NCBI GenBank assembly: GCA_951406725.2
Contig: OX597837.1
Location: forward strand, 23,622,001-23,686,000
Direction: 5' to 3'
Source: Octopus vulgaris
Taxonomy: Eukaryota
Length of the DNA stretch: 64,000 nucleotides
How positions within the stretch are numbered: position 1 is the first letter of the stretch; the number at the start of each line of letters is the position of its first letter. A program made the position numbers and the translations under genes. Positions 25,948-39,104 of this stretch are shown here, piece after piece. The notes below the pieces were generated by a model. That model had not been told where the DNA came from. It searched no databases and was given only the letters and a program-made list of their open reading frames with translations.

Positions 25948-26591
25948 TCTTTTTTGCTCTTTGGCGAGTAGTAATAATAATAAGACGGCAAGCTGACAAT
26001 CGTTAGTATGCCAGACATGCTTAGCATTGCTTTTGGCTTTACATTCTGATATTCAAATTCTTCTGCCACATATTTGTAGCATTGTACACTATCATTGTTG
26101 TTGTTGTTGTTATCATTAGTAGAAGTAAGGCAGTGAGCTGGCAGAATCATTAGCATGCCAAGGAATATATGCTTAGCAGCATTTTGTCCATTTTTACATT
26201 CTGAGTCCAAATTCTGTCACGGTCGACTGCCTTTAATCCTTTTGGGAGTGATTAAATAAGTACTAGTTGAGTACTGGAATCAATCTAATCAACTTACTCC
26301 ATCTTCCAAAATTGCTGGCCTTGTGCTAAAATTTGAAATCATTATTATTTTTGAGGCAGTGAGCTAGCAGAATTGTTAGCACGTTGGGCAAAATAATGTT
26401 TAGCAGCATTTTGTCTGTCTTTTTGTTCTGAGTACAAACACTGCCAGGGTTGACTGTGTCTTTCTTTTGGAGGTTAATAAAATAAGTACCAGCTGAACAC
26501 TGGCTCAATGTAATTGACTTACCCCTTTCCCTAGAATTGCTGGCCTTGTGCCAAAATTTGGAAACAAATGTGGCAAGCTGGGCAAAATGCT

Positions 26592-26805
26592 TACTCTTTT
26601 TACTCTTTTACTCGTTTCAGTCATTTGACTGCGGCCATGCTGGAGTACCGCCTTTAGTCGAGCAAATCGACCCCGGGACTTATTCTTTGTAAGCCCAGTA
26701 CTTATTCTATCGGTCTCTTTTGCCAAACCGCTAAGTGACAGGGACGTAAACACACACCAGCATCAGTTGTCAAGCAATGCTAGGGGGACAAACACAGACA
26801 CGCAA

Positions 26806-26843
<38 letters not shown>

Positions 26844-27014
26844 ATATATACAACAGGCTTCTTTCAGTTTCCGTCTACCAAATCCACTCACAAGGCATTG
26901 GTCGGCCTGGGGCTATAGCAGAAGACACTTGCCCATGATGCCACGCAGTGGGACTGAACCTGGAACCATGTGGTTGGTTAGCAAGCTACTTACCACACAG
27001 CCACTCCTACGCCT
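26592..27014 (-). mobile_element. SINE family A inserted in an older family B copy
   Basis: Full A copy interrupting gggcaaaatgctta...gcaacatttc. Confidence 0.88.
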
Positions 27015-27764
27015 AGCAACATTTCATTTGTCGTTATGTTCTAAGTTCATATTCCGACAAGGTTAACTTTGCCTTTCATCTTTTTGGGGTCACTGAAATA
27101 AGTACCAGCTATGCACTGGGGTTGATGTAATCAACTAGTCCCTTCCCACCAAAATTTCAGTCCTTGTGCCTATAGTAGAAAGAATTATTATTATCATTAT
27201 TAATTTAGCTTTCGTTTTTGAGAACAAATGACCTACCATTTATTTTTGATAACCTGTTGATATCATTTTTCTCGAGAAGCCATACCAGACAAAGAATTTT
27301 TCTCCTAGTTCACCATAGATTATATGTCTGCCTGCTATGCTATGGAACAAAGAAGCCAACTGGCAGCACTAGCTTGGAGCTATTTCAATGATTGTAGCAA
27401 GAACTTTACAATCTTTGGAACACAGACTTAGAGATTTCAACAGATTCCGCCTTCAGTCTTACACAGACGCTGACTGACAATTTGAGTTACATAGAATATA
27501 TATTTATATGGTGCATCAGCATGGCCGCAGCTCTGAGCTGAAACTAGAGAAAAAAAAAATGTAAGTATGTGTGTGTATATATAATATAATATAATATAAT
27601 ATAATATATATATATATATATAATATATATTTATATATTTGTATATATTTGTATGTCTGTGTGTGTATATGTGCATCTATATGTAAGTGTGTGTATATAC
27701 GTATATGTGTGTTGGCATCCGTGCTAGTGGAGCGCTAAGAGCACCATCCAACCGTGGTCGTTGC

Positions 27765-28869
27765 CACCATTCAAGCGTGGAAGGCCTGTTTTATAGCATC
27801 ATCGGTATTAAATTCTTTTCCTTTCAAAAAGTTAATCCAAATTCTGGAAGAAGTGGTAGTCAGTGGGAGCAAGATCAGGTGAGTATGGTGGATGATAGAG
27901 AACTTCCAACTACAACTCCTGTAGTTTCACCAATGTCATTTTTGCAATGTGTGGTCTGGCATTGTCTTGCAATAAAATAGGTGTGGATCTGTTGACTAAT
28001 CTAGGCTGGGTTATTTTTATAAGTTTCTGCATCATTTGGTCCAGTTGGCTGCAGTATACTTTGGCCATGATTGATGAGCCAGGTTTAATAAAATCATAAT
28101 GGATCACACCTGCACCAGACCACCAAACACTCACCTTCAGCTTCTTTTGATGAATTTGGCTTTTTGGACTGTGTTTTGGTGGCTCATCTTTGTCCAACCA
28201 TTGTGCTGAACGTTTACAATTGTATTGGATCCATTTCTTATTGCATGTTACAATTCGATTAAAAAATGATTCATTTTTGGAACGAGAAAATAGCATAATG
28301 CAGGCTTTCCAACGTTGCTGTTTCTGATTTTCTTTGAGTTCATGTGGAACCCACTTATCCAACTCTTTCACTTTACAGATTTGAACTAGGTGAGTCAATA
28401 TTGTTTGCTTGCTAACACCAAACAACAATGATAATTCATGGGCACTTTGAGAGGGATCTGACTCGATGGTGGCTTTCAGTTAATCATTATCCACCTTTGT
28501 TTCTGGTCGACCATGTTACTCATTTGTGAGGTCAAAGTTACCAGAACAAAATTTTGCAAACCAATTTGATACTGTCTGCTGTGTAATAACATTAGAATGA
28601 AATACTCCATTAATATTCTAAGCTGTCTGTGATGTTGTGTTTCCAAGAAAGAACTCATATTTCAAAACTACGAATTTCCAATTTATTCATCTCTAAACAA
28701 AAATAGCAAAAAACAATTTATAAAGCGCAAAATGAGTTAGAATAAAGAAATAGGTGTGTCAGCTTTCTAACAAAAAATAAAGATTGTCAAAATGTAATAA
28801 TGGTGCAAAATGAGCAGGTGTCAAAACTTACCATATACCTTACTACAGATTTCATACTTCACAACCTAA
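27765..28869 (-). pseudogene. Near full-length mariner (DD34D) transposase pseudogene with 5' TIR
   Basis: KWVPHELKE, RIVTCNKKWI, KKLKVSVWW, LLQDNARPH, HPPYSPDLAPTDYHFF; stops and frameshifts; TIR-like ttaggttgtgaagtatgaaatc at 28869-28848. Confidence 0.92.
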
Positions 28870-29145
28870 AATTCTCCATTTGAAGCAATGCTCTGGTCCA
28901 GAAATGTTTTCCACTATTTGAAGCAGTGTTCAAATTCTTGCAAAGTGATGCCTTTTAGTGTCTCCATCGTCTTTTCTTTACCTCTTCCACATCTTCAAAT
29001 TCCATAGTGCCAGCTTTCATCACCAGAGATGACCTTCAAATAAAGGTCCAGCTCAATTTCCAACTGTTCTTTCAGATCATGACATGCGTTCAGTCATGAC
29101 TGCTTTTGATCATAGGTGAGCAAGTGAGGCACAAATTTTGCCACT
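28870..29145 (-). pseudogene. Second, internally deleted mariner remnant
   Basis: VAKFVPHLLTYDQK...VISGDESWHYG joined to C-terminal FEDVEEVK...EFEHCFK*WKTFLDQSIASNGE. Confidence 0.8.
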
Positions 29146-30254
29146 AAATGCTGGTTAGTGGAGTATCTTCAAAGAAAGATATAATTATATGAAACAGTTC
29201 AACAAAGCGTAAAACACAGTTTCATTTTGATAGGCACCACACTTCAGTATGGTATAGGAGTTTGGTATAGTCCTCATCATTTCTCAGATAGAGTTGACAG
29301 AAAATTCAATTTGATAAGGGACTGGACTTCAATTTGTTCACAGTCTCAATAACTAACTGTAGTGCATCATTCAACCTACCGTTCATATTTTTTTGCCATT
29401 AAATGCCGCCAGTGTGCCAAGCAATGGAGAGGGAATAAATCTAAATGATAAATAATCACTACTGTACTGTCAACAAATTTTCTTAACTGAAGGTATCAGT
29501 AAAGTGAAAATGTGAAAACGAATTTCTATGGATGGCATCAGAAAAGCATTATGGTATTCACAAAGAGAAGTTGATAGAGCAGAGTCAGATGACACATCTT
29601 TACTGGAGCAAATCTGGATCTAGTTCGTTTGGCTGCCAGCATTTCAAAAATTAAAGTTTATTGAAAATTTTAAAATTTGGCACATTAATATACCTTTCCA
29701 AGCTAAATTGTTGGAGTTATTCAACTTTTTCCAGAAAAATGTTTTTAGAATGTCATAGCGGTTTAAAGTTTGATCATTTTCACCAATTCAAGAAACACGA
29801 TTTCAAAGCTATCATTTTGTGCATGACTGCATATTTTGTCAACATCCTGAAAATAGCACTTGTGTTTTGATATGAAACCACAGAATTACGCACAACATAT
29901 AACCACTCATAATTTTTTTATTTTTCAGAGTTTGCAGAAAATTTTTACAAATTTGTATTCTACACATGTATTCTACACATGCATACAATTATGCTTTAAA
30001 AAAAAATTGTGGTGGAGCATGATTTAAGGTCTAGGCCTATTTGGCTGCTATTTTAGCACATATGACACCCATCTCAATGACTGTGTGACAAAAATAATCG
30101 ATCAATAAACAAGTCTGCTTTTTTAATACAAAGTGACGTCTCATGTGAGTAGTCAAATTGATAAAAGTACATCCTTATTCTAGGCATGCCTACGTATGAA
30201 TAAATGCAGACTTAATTTCTAAAAGTTCTTTCTCACGAAGGATTTTCTAGAAAT

Positions 30255-30500
30255 TTGCCCATTGCCCACCTGTAATTTGTCCATCGCTCACCTGTAATTT
30301 GTCCATCGCTCACCTGTAATTTCTCCATCGCTCACCTGTAATTTGTCCATCGCTCACCTGTCATTTGTCCATCTCTCACCTGTAATTTGCCCATCGCTCA
30401 CCTGTAATTTGCCCATCGCTCACCTGTAATTTGCCCATCGCTCACCTGTAATTTGTCCATCGCTTACTTGTAATTTGTCCATCGCTCACCTGTAATTTGA
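30255..30500. repeat. 22-bp minisatellite, ~11 copies
   Basis: (g(c/t)ccatcgctcacctgtaattt)n. Confidence 0.95.
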
Positions 30501-30625
30501 AATCGACCACCTGTGGGCATTATCACCTACTTTGGGAAGCAATGGTGTAAACAGTTGGATGCAAAAACTTCAGTGGGGAAAAGAAAAAAATGCACACACA
30601 CATGCATGCATACATGAACACTACA

Positions 30626-31208
30626 TACTCTTTAAATCTTTTATTTGTTTCAGTCATTTGACTGTGTCCATGATGGGGCACCACCTTTAGTCGCGCAAAT
30701 CGACCCCAAGACTTATTCTTTGTAAGCCTGGTACTTATTCTATCGGTCTCTTTTGCCGAACCGCTAAGTTACGAGGACATAAACACACCAGTATGTGTGT
30801 GTGCCATTCGTTTGTATACTCTTTTACTTGTTTCAGTCATCTGACTTTGGCCATGCTGGATCACTGCCTTTAGTTGAGCAAATCGACCCCCAGGACTTAT
30901 TCTTTGTAAGCCTAGTACTTATTCTACGGTCTCTTTTGTCGAACCGCTAAGTTACGAGAACATAAACACACCAGCATCAGTTGTCAAGCGATGTTGTGGG
31001 ACAAACGCAGAAGCTCAAACATATACGCACAAACATATACGCATATACATATATACGACGGGCTTCTTTCAGTTTCCGTCTCCCAAATCCACTCACAAAG
31101 CTTTGGTTGGCCTGAGGTTATAGTAGAAGAGACTTGCCCAAGGTGCCATGCTGTGGGACTGAACCCGGAACCACATGGCTCATAAGCAAGCTACTTACCA
31201 CACAGCCT
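30626..31208 (-). mobile_element. Family A partial tail copy plus full copy
   Basis: A tail 30626-30791 and A copy 30817-31208. Confidence 0.85.
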
Positions 31209-31504
31209 CTACATATGCTCAAACAATTTAAAGTTTGTTCATTTTGAAAAATAAATAGAATATATGGTTTAGATTAAAAAAAAAAGAAGGTCAGAGGTGA
31301 GAACCAAAGAAACCTACCTGGAGTCTGTGTAGGAAATGTAGATTGTAAAGATTAAAAATAAATGAAGATAAGACTAAAAAAAATGGAATAAATAGCTCTA
31401 GACAAAATCATAAATAATCAGGCGTGGCTGTATGGTAAGATGCTTGCTTCCCAAGCTCTTGGTTTTGGGTTCAGTCCCACTGCATGGCACATTGGTTAAG
31501 TGTT

Positions 31505-31720
31505 GGAAACGTTAGCACGCCGGGCGAAACGCGTAGCCATATTTCATCTACCGTTACGTTCTGAGTTCAAATTCCGACGAGGTCGACTTTGGCTTTCATC
31601 CTTTCGGGGTCGATAAATAAAGTACCAGTTTCGCACTGGGGTCGATGTAAACGACTTAATCCCTTTGTCTGTCCTTGTTTGTCCCCTCTATGTTTAGCCC
31701 CTTGTGGGCAGTAAAGAAAA
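31505..31720 (+). mobile_element. SINE family B inserted after a family A head
   Basis: gaaacgttagcacgccgggcgaaac...gagttcaaattccg..gaggtcgacttt...agccccttgtgggcagtaaagaaa. Confidence 0.85.
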
Positions 31721-31810
31721 AAATATATATATATATATGTGTATATTGATAGAAATGGTAAGACAACAAAAGAATGAAAGAGACATTGATATTATATAAA
31801 TAGAGGAATT

Positions 31811-32323
31811 TATCTGTAAATATATGTGACAATTATTCGGTAGCCATGATAAAACTCTGAGTTTTGGATGTCAGGGCGGAAACCCACGCCAGTATCTCTT
31901 CAGTTATTGGGTCTTCGGAAAAAATGCTATGGAAATGACCGTTAAACAAAGGGAAATTAGTGTGTGATTGACCGTTATTAAAACAAAGGAGCTATTAGAA
32001 TGATCACTAAGTAAAGGGAAGGGAGTAAAAATGTTCATCACAATCGCATAAGCATGCATGTCCATACATACACTTGCACACCTGCACACCCACATACTCC
32101 CTTACCTTTACTCCCTCCCCTTAGGGGTCATTCTAATGGCTCTTTTGTCTTGATAACAGTCAATCACACAGTAATTTCCCTTCGTTTAACGGTCATTTCC
32201 ATAACATTTCTTCCGATGACCTGATAACTGAAGAGATGACAGCATGGGTTTCTGCCTCAACATCCGAAACTCGGAGTTTTATCATGGCTACTGAACAAAT
32301 ATCACATATTATATTTACAGATA
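31811..32323. mobile_element. Fold-back element carrying hammerhead motifs (Penelope-like/retrozyme-like)
   Basis: ~220-bp imperfect inverted arms 31811-32030 / 32095-32323. Confidence 0.7.
32222..32284 (+). ncRNA. Candidate type I hammerhead ribozyme
   Basis: Stem I TGATAA/TTATCA, core CTGAAGA, stem II GATG/CATC(C) with a bulge, GAAA, short stem III ACT-CGG-AGT, GUU cleavage triplet. Confidence 0.6.
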
Positions 32324-32364
32324 TGTATATATGTATTTATGTATGTATATGTATGTTTATACGT

Positions 32365-32530
32365 ACCCACTACAATCACGGAGTGGTTGGCGTTAGGAAG
32401 GGCATCCAGCTGTAGAAACTCTGCCAGATCAGACTGGAGCCTGGTGCAGCCTCCTGGCTTCCCATACCCTGGTTGAACCATCCAACCCGTGCTAGCTTGG
32501 AAAACGGATGCTAAACGATGATGATGATGA
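32365..32530 (+). mobile_element. Family C 3' end
   Basis: acccactacaatcacggagtggttggcgttaggaagggcatcc...(gat)n. Confidence 0.85.
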
Positions 32531-32710
32531 TATATGTATCTATGTATATATATATATATATATTTATAACTACATATGTATGTATATGTATTTATGTATA
32601 TATTTATATGTATATCTACATGTAGATATATGTACACACATACATATATAAGTATATATATATACATACTATATATCTAAATATATGTGTATATATATGT
32701 ATATGTGTGT

Positions 32711-32755
<45 letters not shown>

Positions 32756-32899
32756 AACATTGATGTTTAGGTTTGGTGATGCAAGTAGGAAAATATAACT
32801 AAAAACATGAGTATATATACAATTTTTATTAATGATCTTCAGATGTAAACACATTTGTACATATAATGGTCATCAGTGGCTCTTAAAATGGTAGGTGTC

Positions 32900-33018
32900 T
32901 TTAATATATCTATATATTTATATATATATGTATGTAAATATATGTGTGTGTGTGTGTGTGTATGTATATATCTACACACACACATACATATATATATAAA
33001 TATATATGTATATACACG

Positions 33019-33083
<65 letters not shown>

Positions 33084-33132
33084 TATGTGTGTACATGTAT
33101 ATGTGTATATATATATATATAGTGTGTACATG

Positions 33133-33172
<40 letters not shown>

Positions 33173-33212
33173 ACTGTGTGTTTACATATATATATATGTG
33201 TACATTCATAGA

Positions 33213-33250
<38 letters not shown>

Positions 33251-33320
33251 TATATATATATATATTTACATATGTGTTTGTATGTGTATGTATATATATG
33301 TATATTTAAACACACACTCA
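32900..33320. repeat. Compound (TA)n/(TG)n field
   Basis: Direct. Confidence 0.9.
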
Positions 33321-33536
33321 CACACCTACATTTACACTCCCATTCCCCTTTGACACACATAAAAGCAGTGATCAAAGATGTTTTTATATGTTGCCGCCAA
33401 CAATCAGAATGAACATTTAGCCATGTTGTCTTGAAGCAAACTCGATTCTGAGAAAATGTCGTTTGCGACGAACATGTTTTATTGATGTTTGTATCATTCA
33501 ACCGGAGACAGACATCAAAAGCAGTGCGATAGCGGA

Positions 33537-33574
<38 letters not shown>

Positions 33575-34089
33575 GTCACCTCTAACTATTTCTTTCCCTT
33601 GTTTCATCATCTATCTGCTTGTTTATTCCGACACTAGAGCTGATAAGGAGACTGTAGATAAACATTTCCCATGATAATTTTGCTGCTAGAATATCTGTAA
33701 ATCCACACATATTTTCCCAGTTATATTGTCTCCTGAGGTCCGAATGACACAGTAATTTAGATGCAATTTCTTGGCTTTAGTAGAATGAGCATAGTTTTAT
33801 GTAAATTGACTGATGGGTGGTTGGTAAGGAATTTTGCTGTTAACTGTAACCAAGACGAAAGTCACTCACATCCTTTCAGCTGCTCTGCTTCATGTCTATG
33901 ATTGTCTTAGTAATTAGCTCTGCATAGCTCAGTCTACATGGCTCCAAGTAGGTGCAGAGTGGCCACACTATAATTCACTGCTAGAAGCAGTAGCAGCTGT
34001 TATATTGATGAATGATTGGTGTATGACTTGCCATGTTCAGTTGGAGTTTGTTTGTTGTACTCATCGGTTCATCTTTTGTATAAGTTTGA

Positions 34090-34860
34090 CCCTCCATGGT
34101 GCTCAGCCAGACTCTCCATGGTACAGAGCTGCACTCTTCATGGTGCTCGTTGGACTCTACATAATGTTTGGCTGGGTGCTCCATGGTTCTTGACTGAGTG
34201 CTCCATGGTTCTCGACTGAGTGCTCCATGGTTCTCGACTGAGTGCTCCATGGTTCTCGACTGAGTGCTCAATGGTTCTTGACTGAGTGCTCCATGGTTCT
34301 TGACTGAGTGCTCAGTGGTGCTCAGCCAGATGCTACATGGTGCTCACTTGAGCTGTCAATGGTGCTTAGCTGGACACTCAAGTTTGACTCTACGGTGCTC
34401 AGCCAGATGTTCCATGGTGCTCAGCTGGACTCTCCATGGTTCACAGTTGGACACTCCATGGTGCTCAGCTGGACTTTCCATGGTTCACAGTTGGACACTC
34501 CATGGTACAGAGCTGCACTCTTCATGGTGCTCAGTTGGACTCTCCATGATGTTTGACTGGGTGCTCCGTGGTTCTTGACTGAGTGCTCCATGGTGCTCAG
34601 CCAGATGTTCCATGGTGCTCAGCTGGACTCTCCATGGTGCTCAGTTGGACTCTCCATTGTACTCAGTCGAAATCTCTGTGGTGCTCAACTGGTCACTCCA
34701 TGATGCTCAATTAGACTCTCCATGATGATTAGCTATACATTCCAAGGTGCTCAGCTTGGCAATCCATGGTACTGCTTGGACTCTCAATGGTGATCATTTT
34801 GACTGTCCATGGTTCTCAGCTGGATTCTTCATGGTGCTCATTTGGACTGTTGTGCTCTGC
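34090..34860. repeat. ~22-bp minisatellite
   Basis: ctccatggttctcgactgagtg / ctccatggtgctcagctggact variants. Confidence 0.9.
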
Positions 34861-35359
34861 TGAGTTGGAATAGCATGTGATAATTGAGATGGCCTCCCAT
34901 GTTTGCTGGGTTGCAATGTCTTAAAGTAAAATGTCTTAAAGTACTGTGTTGGATTTCTTGTGGAGTCAAGCTTGCCGTTAATAGTAGTTCCAATATTCTT
35001 TTCTATTCTAAGCACAAAGCTCGAAATTTTTTGGGAGGGGGCCAGTTGATTAGATTGACCTCGGTATGCAACTGGTTCTTAATTTATTGACCCTGAAAGG
35101 ATGAATGGCAAAGTCAACCTCGGTGGAATTTGAACTCAGACTGTAAAGACAGATGAAATACCGCTAAGTGTTTTGCCCAGTGTGCTAACGTTTCTGCCAG
35201 CTCACTGCCCTATAGTAGTTTCAGTATTGCTGGTCATGCAGTGTTGCATTGGTCACACAAGTGATACCAAGTTGCCAACTTCACAGTGACGAATATTATA
35301 ATCATTAACAGAGACTACACATATTAAAATGAAGTTTTCAAGGAAGCCATTTATTTGGC

Positions 35360-36150
35360 AGTTTGCTGTGCTTGAGAAGACTCACCAAGCTAAGTAAAAT
35401 TGTAATCTATGCATACAGGCATCCCTCTCTCAGCCAAGAGATCCTAGTCTTGTGGGCTCATGGATGCTGGTGCCACATAAAAGCACCTGTGCCTGTGCCA
35501 TATATTAGTGCCCGTGCTGGTGTCATGTAAAAGCATCTGTGCCACATAAAATCACCCATGTCAGTGCTACTTAAAAGTGCCTGTGTGACATAAAAGGGCT
35601 CATGCCAGTGTCACATAAAAGCACCTGTGCCAGTGTTACTAAAAGTGCCTCTGCAGTGCCACATAAAAGCACCCATGCTGGTGCCATGTGCCAGTGTCAC
35701 GTAAAAGTACCTGTGATTGTGTCACATAAAAGTATATGTGGAAGTGTCACATATCAGCACCCATGCTGGTGTCACAGAAAAGCACCTGTGCTGGTGTCAC
35801 ATAAAAGTGTCTGTGCCAGTGTCACATAAAGGTGCCCAAGCTGGTGTCACATAAAAATGCCTGTGACAATGCCACATATAAGCGTCCATGCTGGTGCCAC
35901 GTAACAGTGCCTGTGCTGGTGTCACATAGAAATGCCTGTGACAATGCTACGTATAAGCGCCCATGCTGGTGTCACAAAAGTGCCTGTACCGCTGTCACGT
36001 AAAAGCTGTAAAGTGGTTGGTCTTAGGAAGGGCATCCAACCATAGAAATCATGTCAAAGCAAATGGAGCCTGAGCAGCTCTCCAGCTGGCCAATTCCCGC
36101 CAAACTGTCTAACCCATGCTAGCATTTGAAAATGGATGTTAATTGATTAT
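35360..36150 (+). mobile_element. Old family C copy with ~25-bp degenerate tandem array
   Basis: (gtgccacataaaagcacctgtgct)-like units 35465-36003 then ttaggaagggcatcc tail. Confidence 0.75.
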
Positions 36151-37280
36151 TACAGTGTTTACAATAGTTCCTTGCTGGAGCTTTACCTGTTGATTACCAG
36201 GAGTGAGTTATATATGCATACCAGCTAAAAATCACAGCTATGTCTTCGTGTTTTGAAAAGCAGGAAAATTCTGTGTTCTTCGTAGACTAGTGGTTATCAT
36301 CATCATCATCATCGTCCAGTGTTTTAAATCTGGATTTTGTCCCCGTTAACAGGGATGGCCTGATCTACCTCAATGTCATAGCAGCTGAGGCAGGCAGGTG
36401 CAGCCCACCCCAACCTTTGAGCATTTTCCCTTGCTATCAGGAGGCTTTTTTGGAGCTGGATTTTCTATGGGGTGCATGCCCTTGCTTGCTCCCAACCTCA
36501 GTTTCTAGACAACAGTGGTCCCAAGACCAAGGCCTCTACTACGACTTTTAAGAAATGTGGTGGAAAACTAGCTCAGGAAGTTAGGGATGCTACTCCCTGA
36601 GACCCCTTTCAGAGCCCCCTATCTCAACAGGGGTCCATGTAAAATTGTTATATATATATATGTATATATTTATATTTACATACAAATACCTAATGTACAT
36701 ACAAACACAACATATTGTTATATAGACACCACATATTTAGACACACATCTTTATACACACACACACATACAGATAATGTACGTATTAGATCCGCCCACTA
36801 CTCTGCTTGATTTGCTATCTATCAGAATTACTATTAATGTCTGCTGTTACATCCCAGACAGCCAGGTGGTTTTCTTCATGAAATTCTACAGATGTCATTA
36901 CGTATTTATTAGACACCTTCTGTATGTATGTGTGTGGGGGTGTGTAAGTATGTGGGTGTGTCTGTGTTTGTAGACACATTTGGATTTATGGATGTTTGTG
37001 CATGTGTGTGTGTAGCACATACCTCAAAGATAGACTCCATTACCACCATATTTATTTCTTCTTGTGGAACCACCTCGATACTAGCACCTACCCACTCACC
37101 CATGTAAAATACAAGATACTTATGAATCTCCCCACAACAAACCTGTTCCTACTTCTTTCTGTTGTACATTAACTTCTCAACACTATTCTCCCCATCAGTT
37201 GAGGGAACTCTCTTGTATTGTAAAGTACAAGGAACCTCACCAGTGCTGGTGCCATGTAAAAAGAGCATCAACAAAGCTGT

Positions 37281-37870
37281 TTAACCTTTAGCACACTGAT
37301 TTGCCCCTAGAATAGTTTTCCCTACCCCTGCATTATTTTTGAGGGAACAGAAGACATGAACATCTACTGTTTTAAAATTGTTATAAGTTTCATTGTATTA
37401 CATGTACAGACTTGATTTTATGTGTACTAATAAAAGAATGGATGGATGTTATTTTTATGTAATTTATTAAGGAATAGATGAGAGTTGTCCCTCAGAAATG
37501 TACCTCTTTGGGGTCATTACTTTCCTTAAATCAGCCAGCCATGGACGATAGTGTTCACTCTGTACATCATTCTCAATATAACTGTAAGTCCAGTCTACAT
37601 CCTCATCATCACCTTGAATAATTTAATTATTGGTATCTGAGTAAATCCTTCAAAATTGTCATCTGAGTCAGAATCAAACAAGATTTCTTCCAGAAAAGCT
37701 TCAAATGTAGGAGCAGCCATTTTTGTTCAGTACAAAATTCAGAACACTAAGTTTGATTTCAAAACTTGATTGCTTGGTTTCCTGTTTTTGTTCCCATAAA
37801 ATCCAAAATTAATTTTAGAATTTATGGGAGCAACTGTCTTGGAAGACTCACATTGTCGTTGAATGCTCAA
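37281..37870 (-). mobile_element. Possible non-autonomous piggyBac-like relic
   Basis: TTAA-cc end at 37281; minus-strand acidic N-terminus MAAPTFEAFLEEILFDSDSDDNFEGF then frameshift. Confidence 0.4.
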
Positions 37871-38094
37871 AATGAGGAGTAGACAGCTGACAGCTGAGGA
37901 AGGGTTGTTCTTTGTGTTACTTGTTTTGTTTTCAATTTTTTTTCTCGTTGTTTGTGTATTTAACTCGCTTGTTTTCGTACTTCATGTTGTTTACAGTTGG
38001 TGACATCCTGTACCCATAAACGCATATGTATTATTTATATTATTATTTAATTGAACACCCTGCATCAATTTCCACATAAGTTTATATATAATAA

Positions 38095-38380
38095 CAAAGG
38101 GTAAAATTAATTAATTAAGAAGTAATCAGTAATTTCACCAAGTAGAATTCAGCATGAAAAAGACCATTTCATGGTAAGCTTAAGTAATACTTTATAATTA
38201 GGTTCAGCAAGATTTGCTTCACCACATACCAAAGTTTAGAAATAGCAGTCAAAAAACTTTAGCTATTTCTTCCTTTTAAGTAGAAGAAATAGCTAAGGTT
38301 TTTTGGCTGCTATTTCTAAACTTGGTATGTGGTGAAGCAAATCTTTGCTGAACCCTAATTATAAAGTATTACTTAAGTTT
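38095..38380. mobile_element. Fold-back element related to 16490-16852
   Basis: Arms accacataccaaagtttagaaatagcag / ctgctatttctaaacttggtatgtggt; similar leader with aatttcacc.agtag. Confidence 0.75.
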
Positions 38381-38395
38381 ATATATATATATATA

Positions 38396-38726
38396 GTGCA
38401 TGGCTCAGTGGTTAGAGTGTCGAGCTTACGATCATGAGGTTGGGAGTTCAAATCCCGGACTGGGCTGCGTGTTGGGTTCTTGAGCAAGACACTTTATTTC
38501 ATGTTGCTCCACTTCACTCAGCTGTAGAAATGAGTTGCGACGTCACAGGTGCCAAGCTGTATCAGCCTTTGCCTTTCCCTTGGATAACACTGGTGGCATG
38601 GAGAGGGGAGGCTGGCATGCATGGGCGACTGCTGGTCTTCTATAAACAACCTTGCCCGGACTTGTGCCTGGGAGGGTAACTTTCTAGGTGCAATCCCATG
38701 GTCAGTCATGACCGAAGGAGGTCTCA
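38396..38726 (+). mobile_element. tRNA-derived SINE family E (CORE-like centre)
   Basis: tggctcagtggttagag A box, gagttcaaatccc B box, cttgagcaagacacttta...cactcagctgtagaaatgag; second copy at 55048-55330. Confidence 0.8.
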
Positions 38727-39104
38727 GCATAATTGTATGTATAATGGAGATGTACTTGCATAGCAAGTGTTTTCGTCTGAGATTGTGTGCTGACACTAAA
38801 GCGACTGCAGTGTGGAAGACATAAGTTAGCCACTGACAAACATACAAAGACCATTAACTTTGCTCAAACATTTATTCATAATATGGTGTCAGAATTTTTG
38901 TTGCTTGAAACTACAACTGGCGCTGATGCAGCAGAATATTTTGCTAGGGAACAAGTGGAAGTTTCAAGAGCTGAAAATTTTGACCCTTTTTGACATTGTG
39001 CCATGTGTCAGGTGTTTAAGTTATCGCAGGGCAACGTGAGCTGAAGTGCGTTGCTTAAGAACACAACACACCACCAGGTCTAGGAATTGAAATCACGATC
39101 TAGC

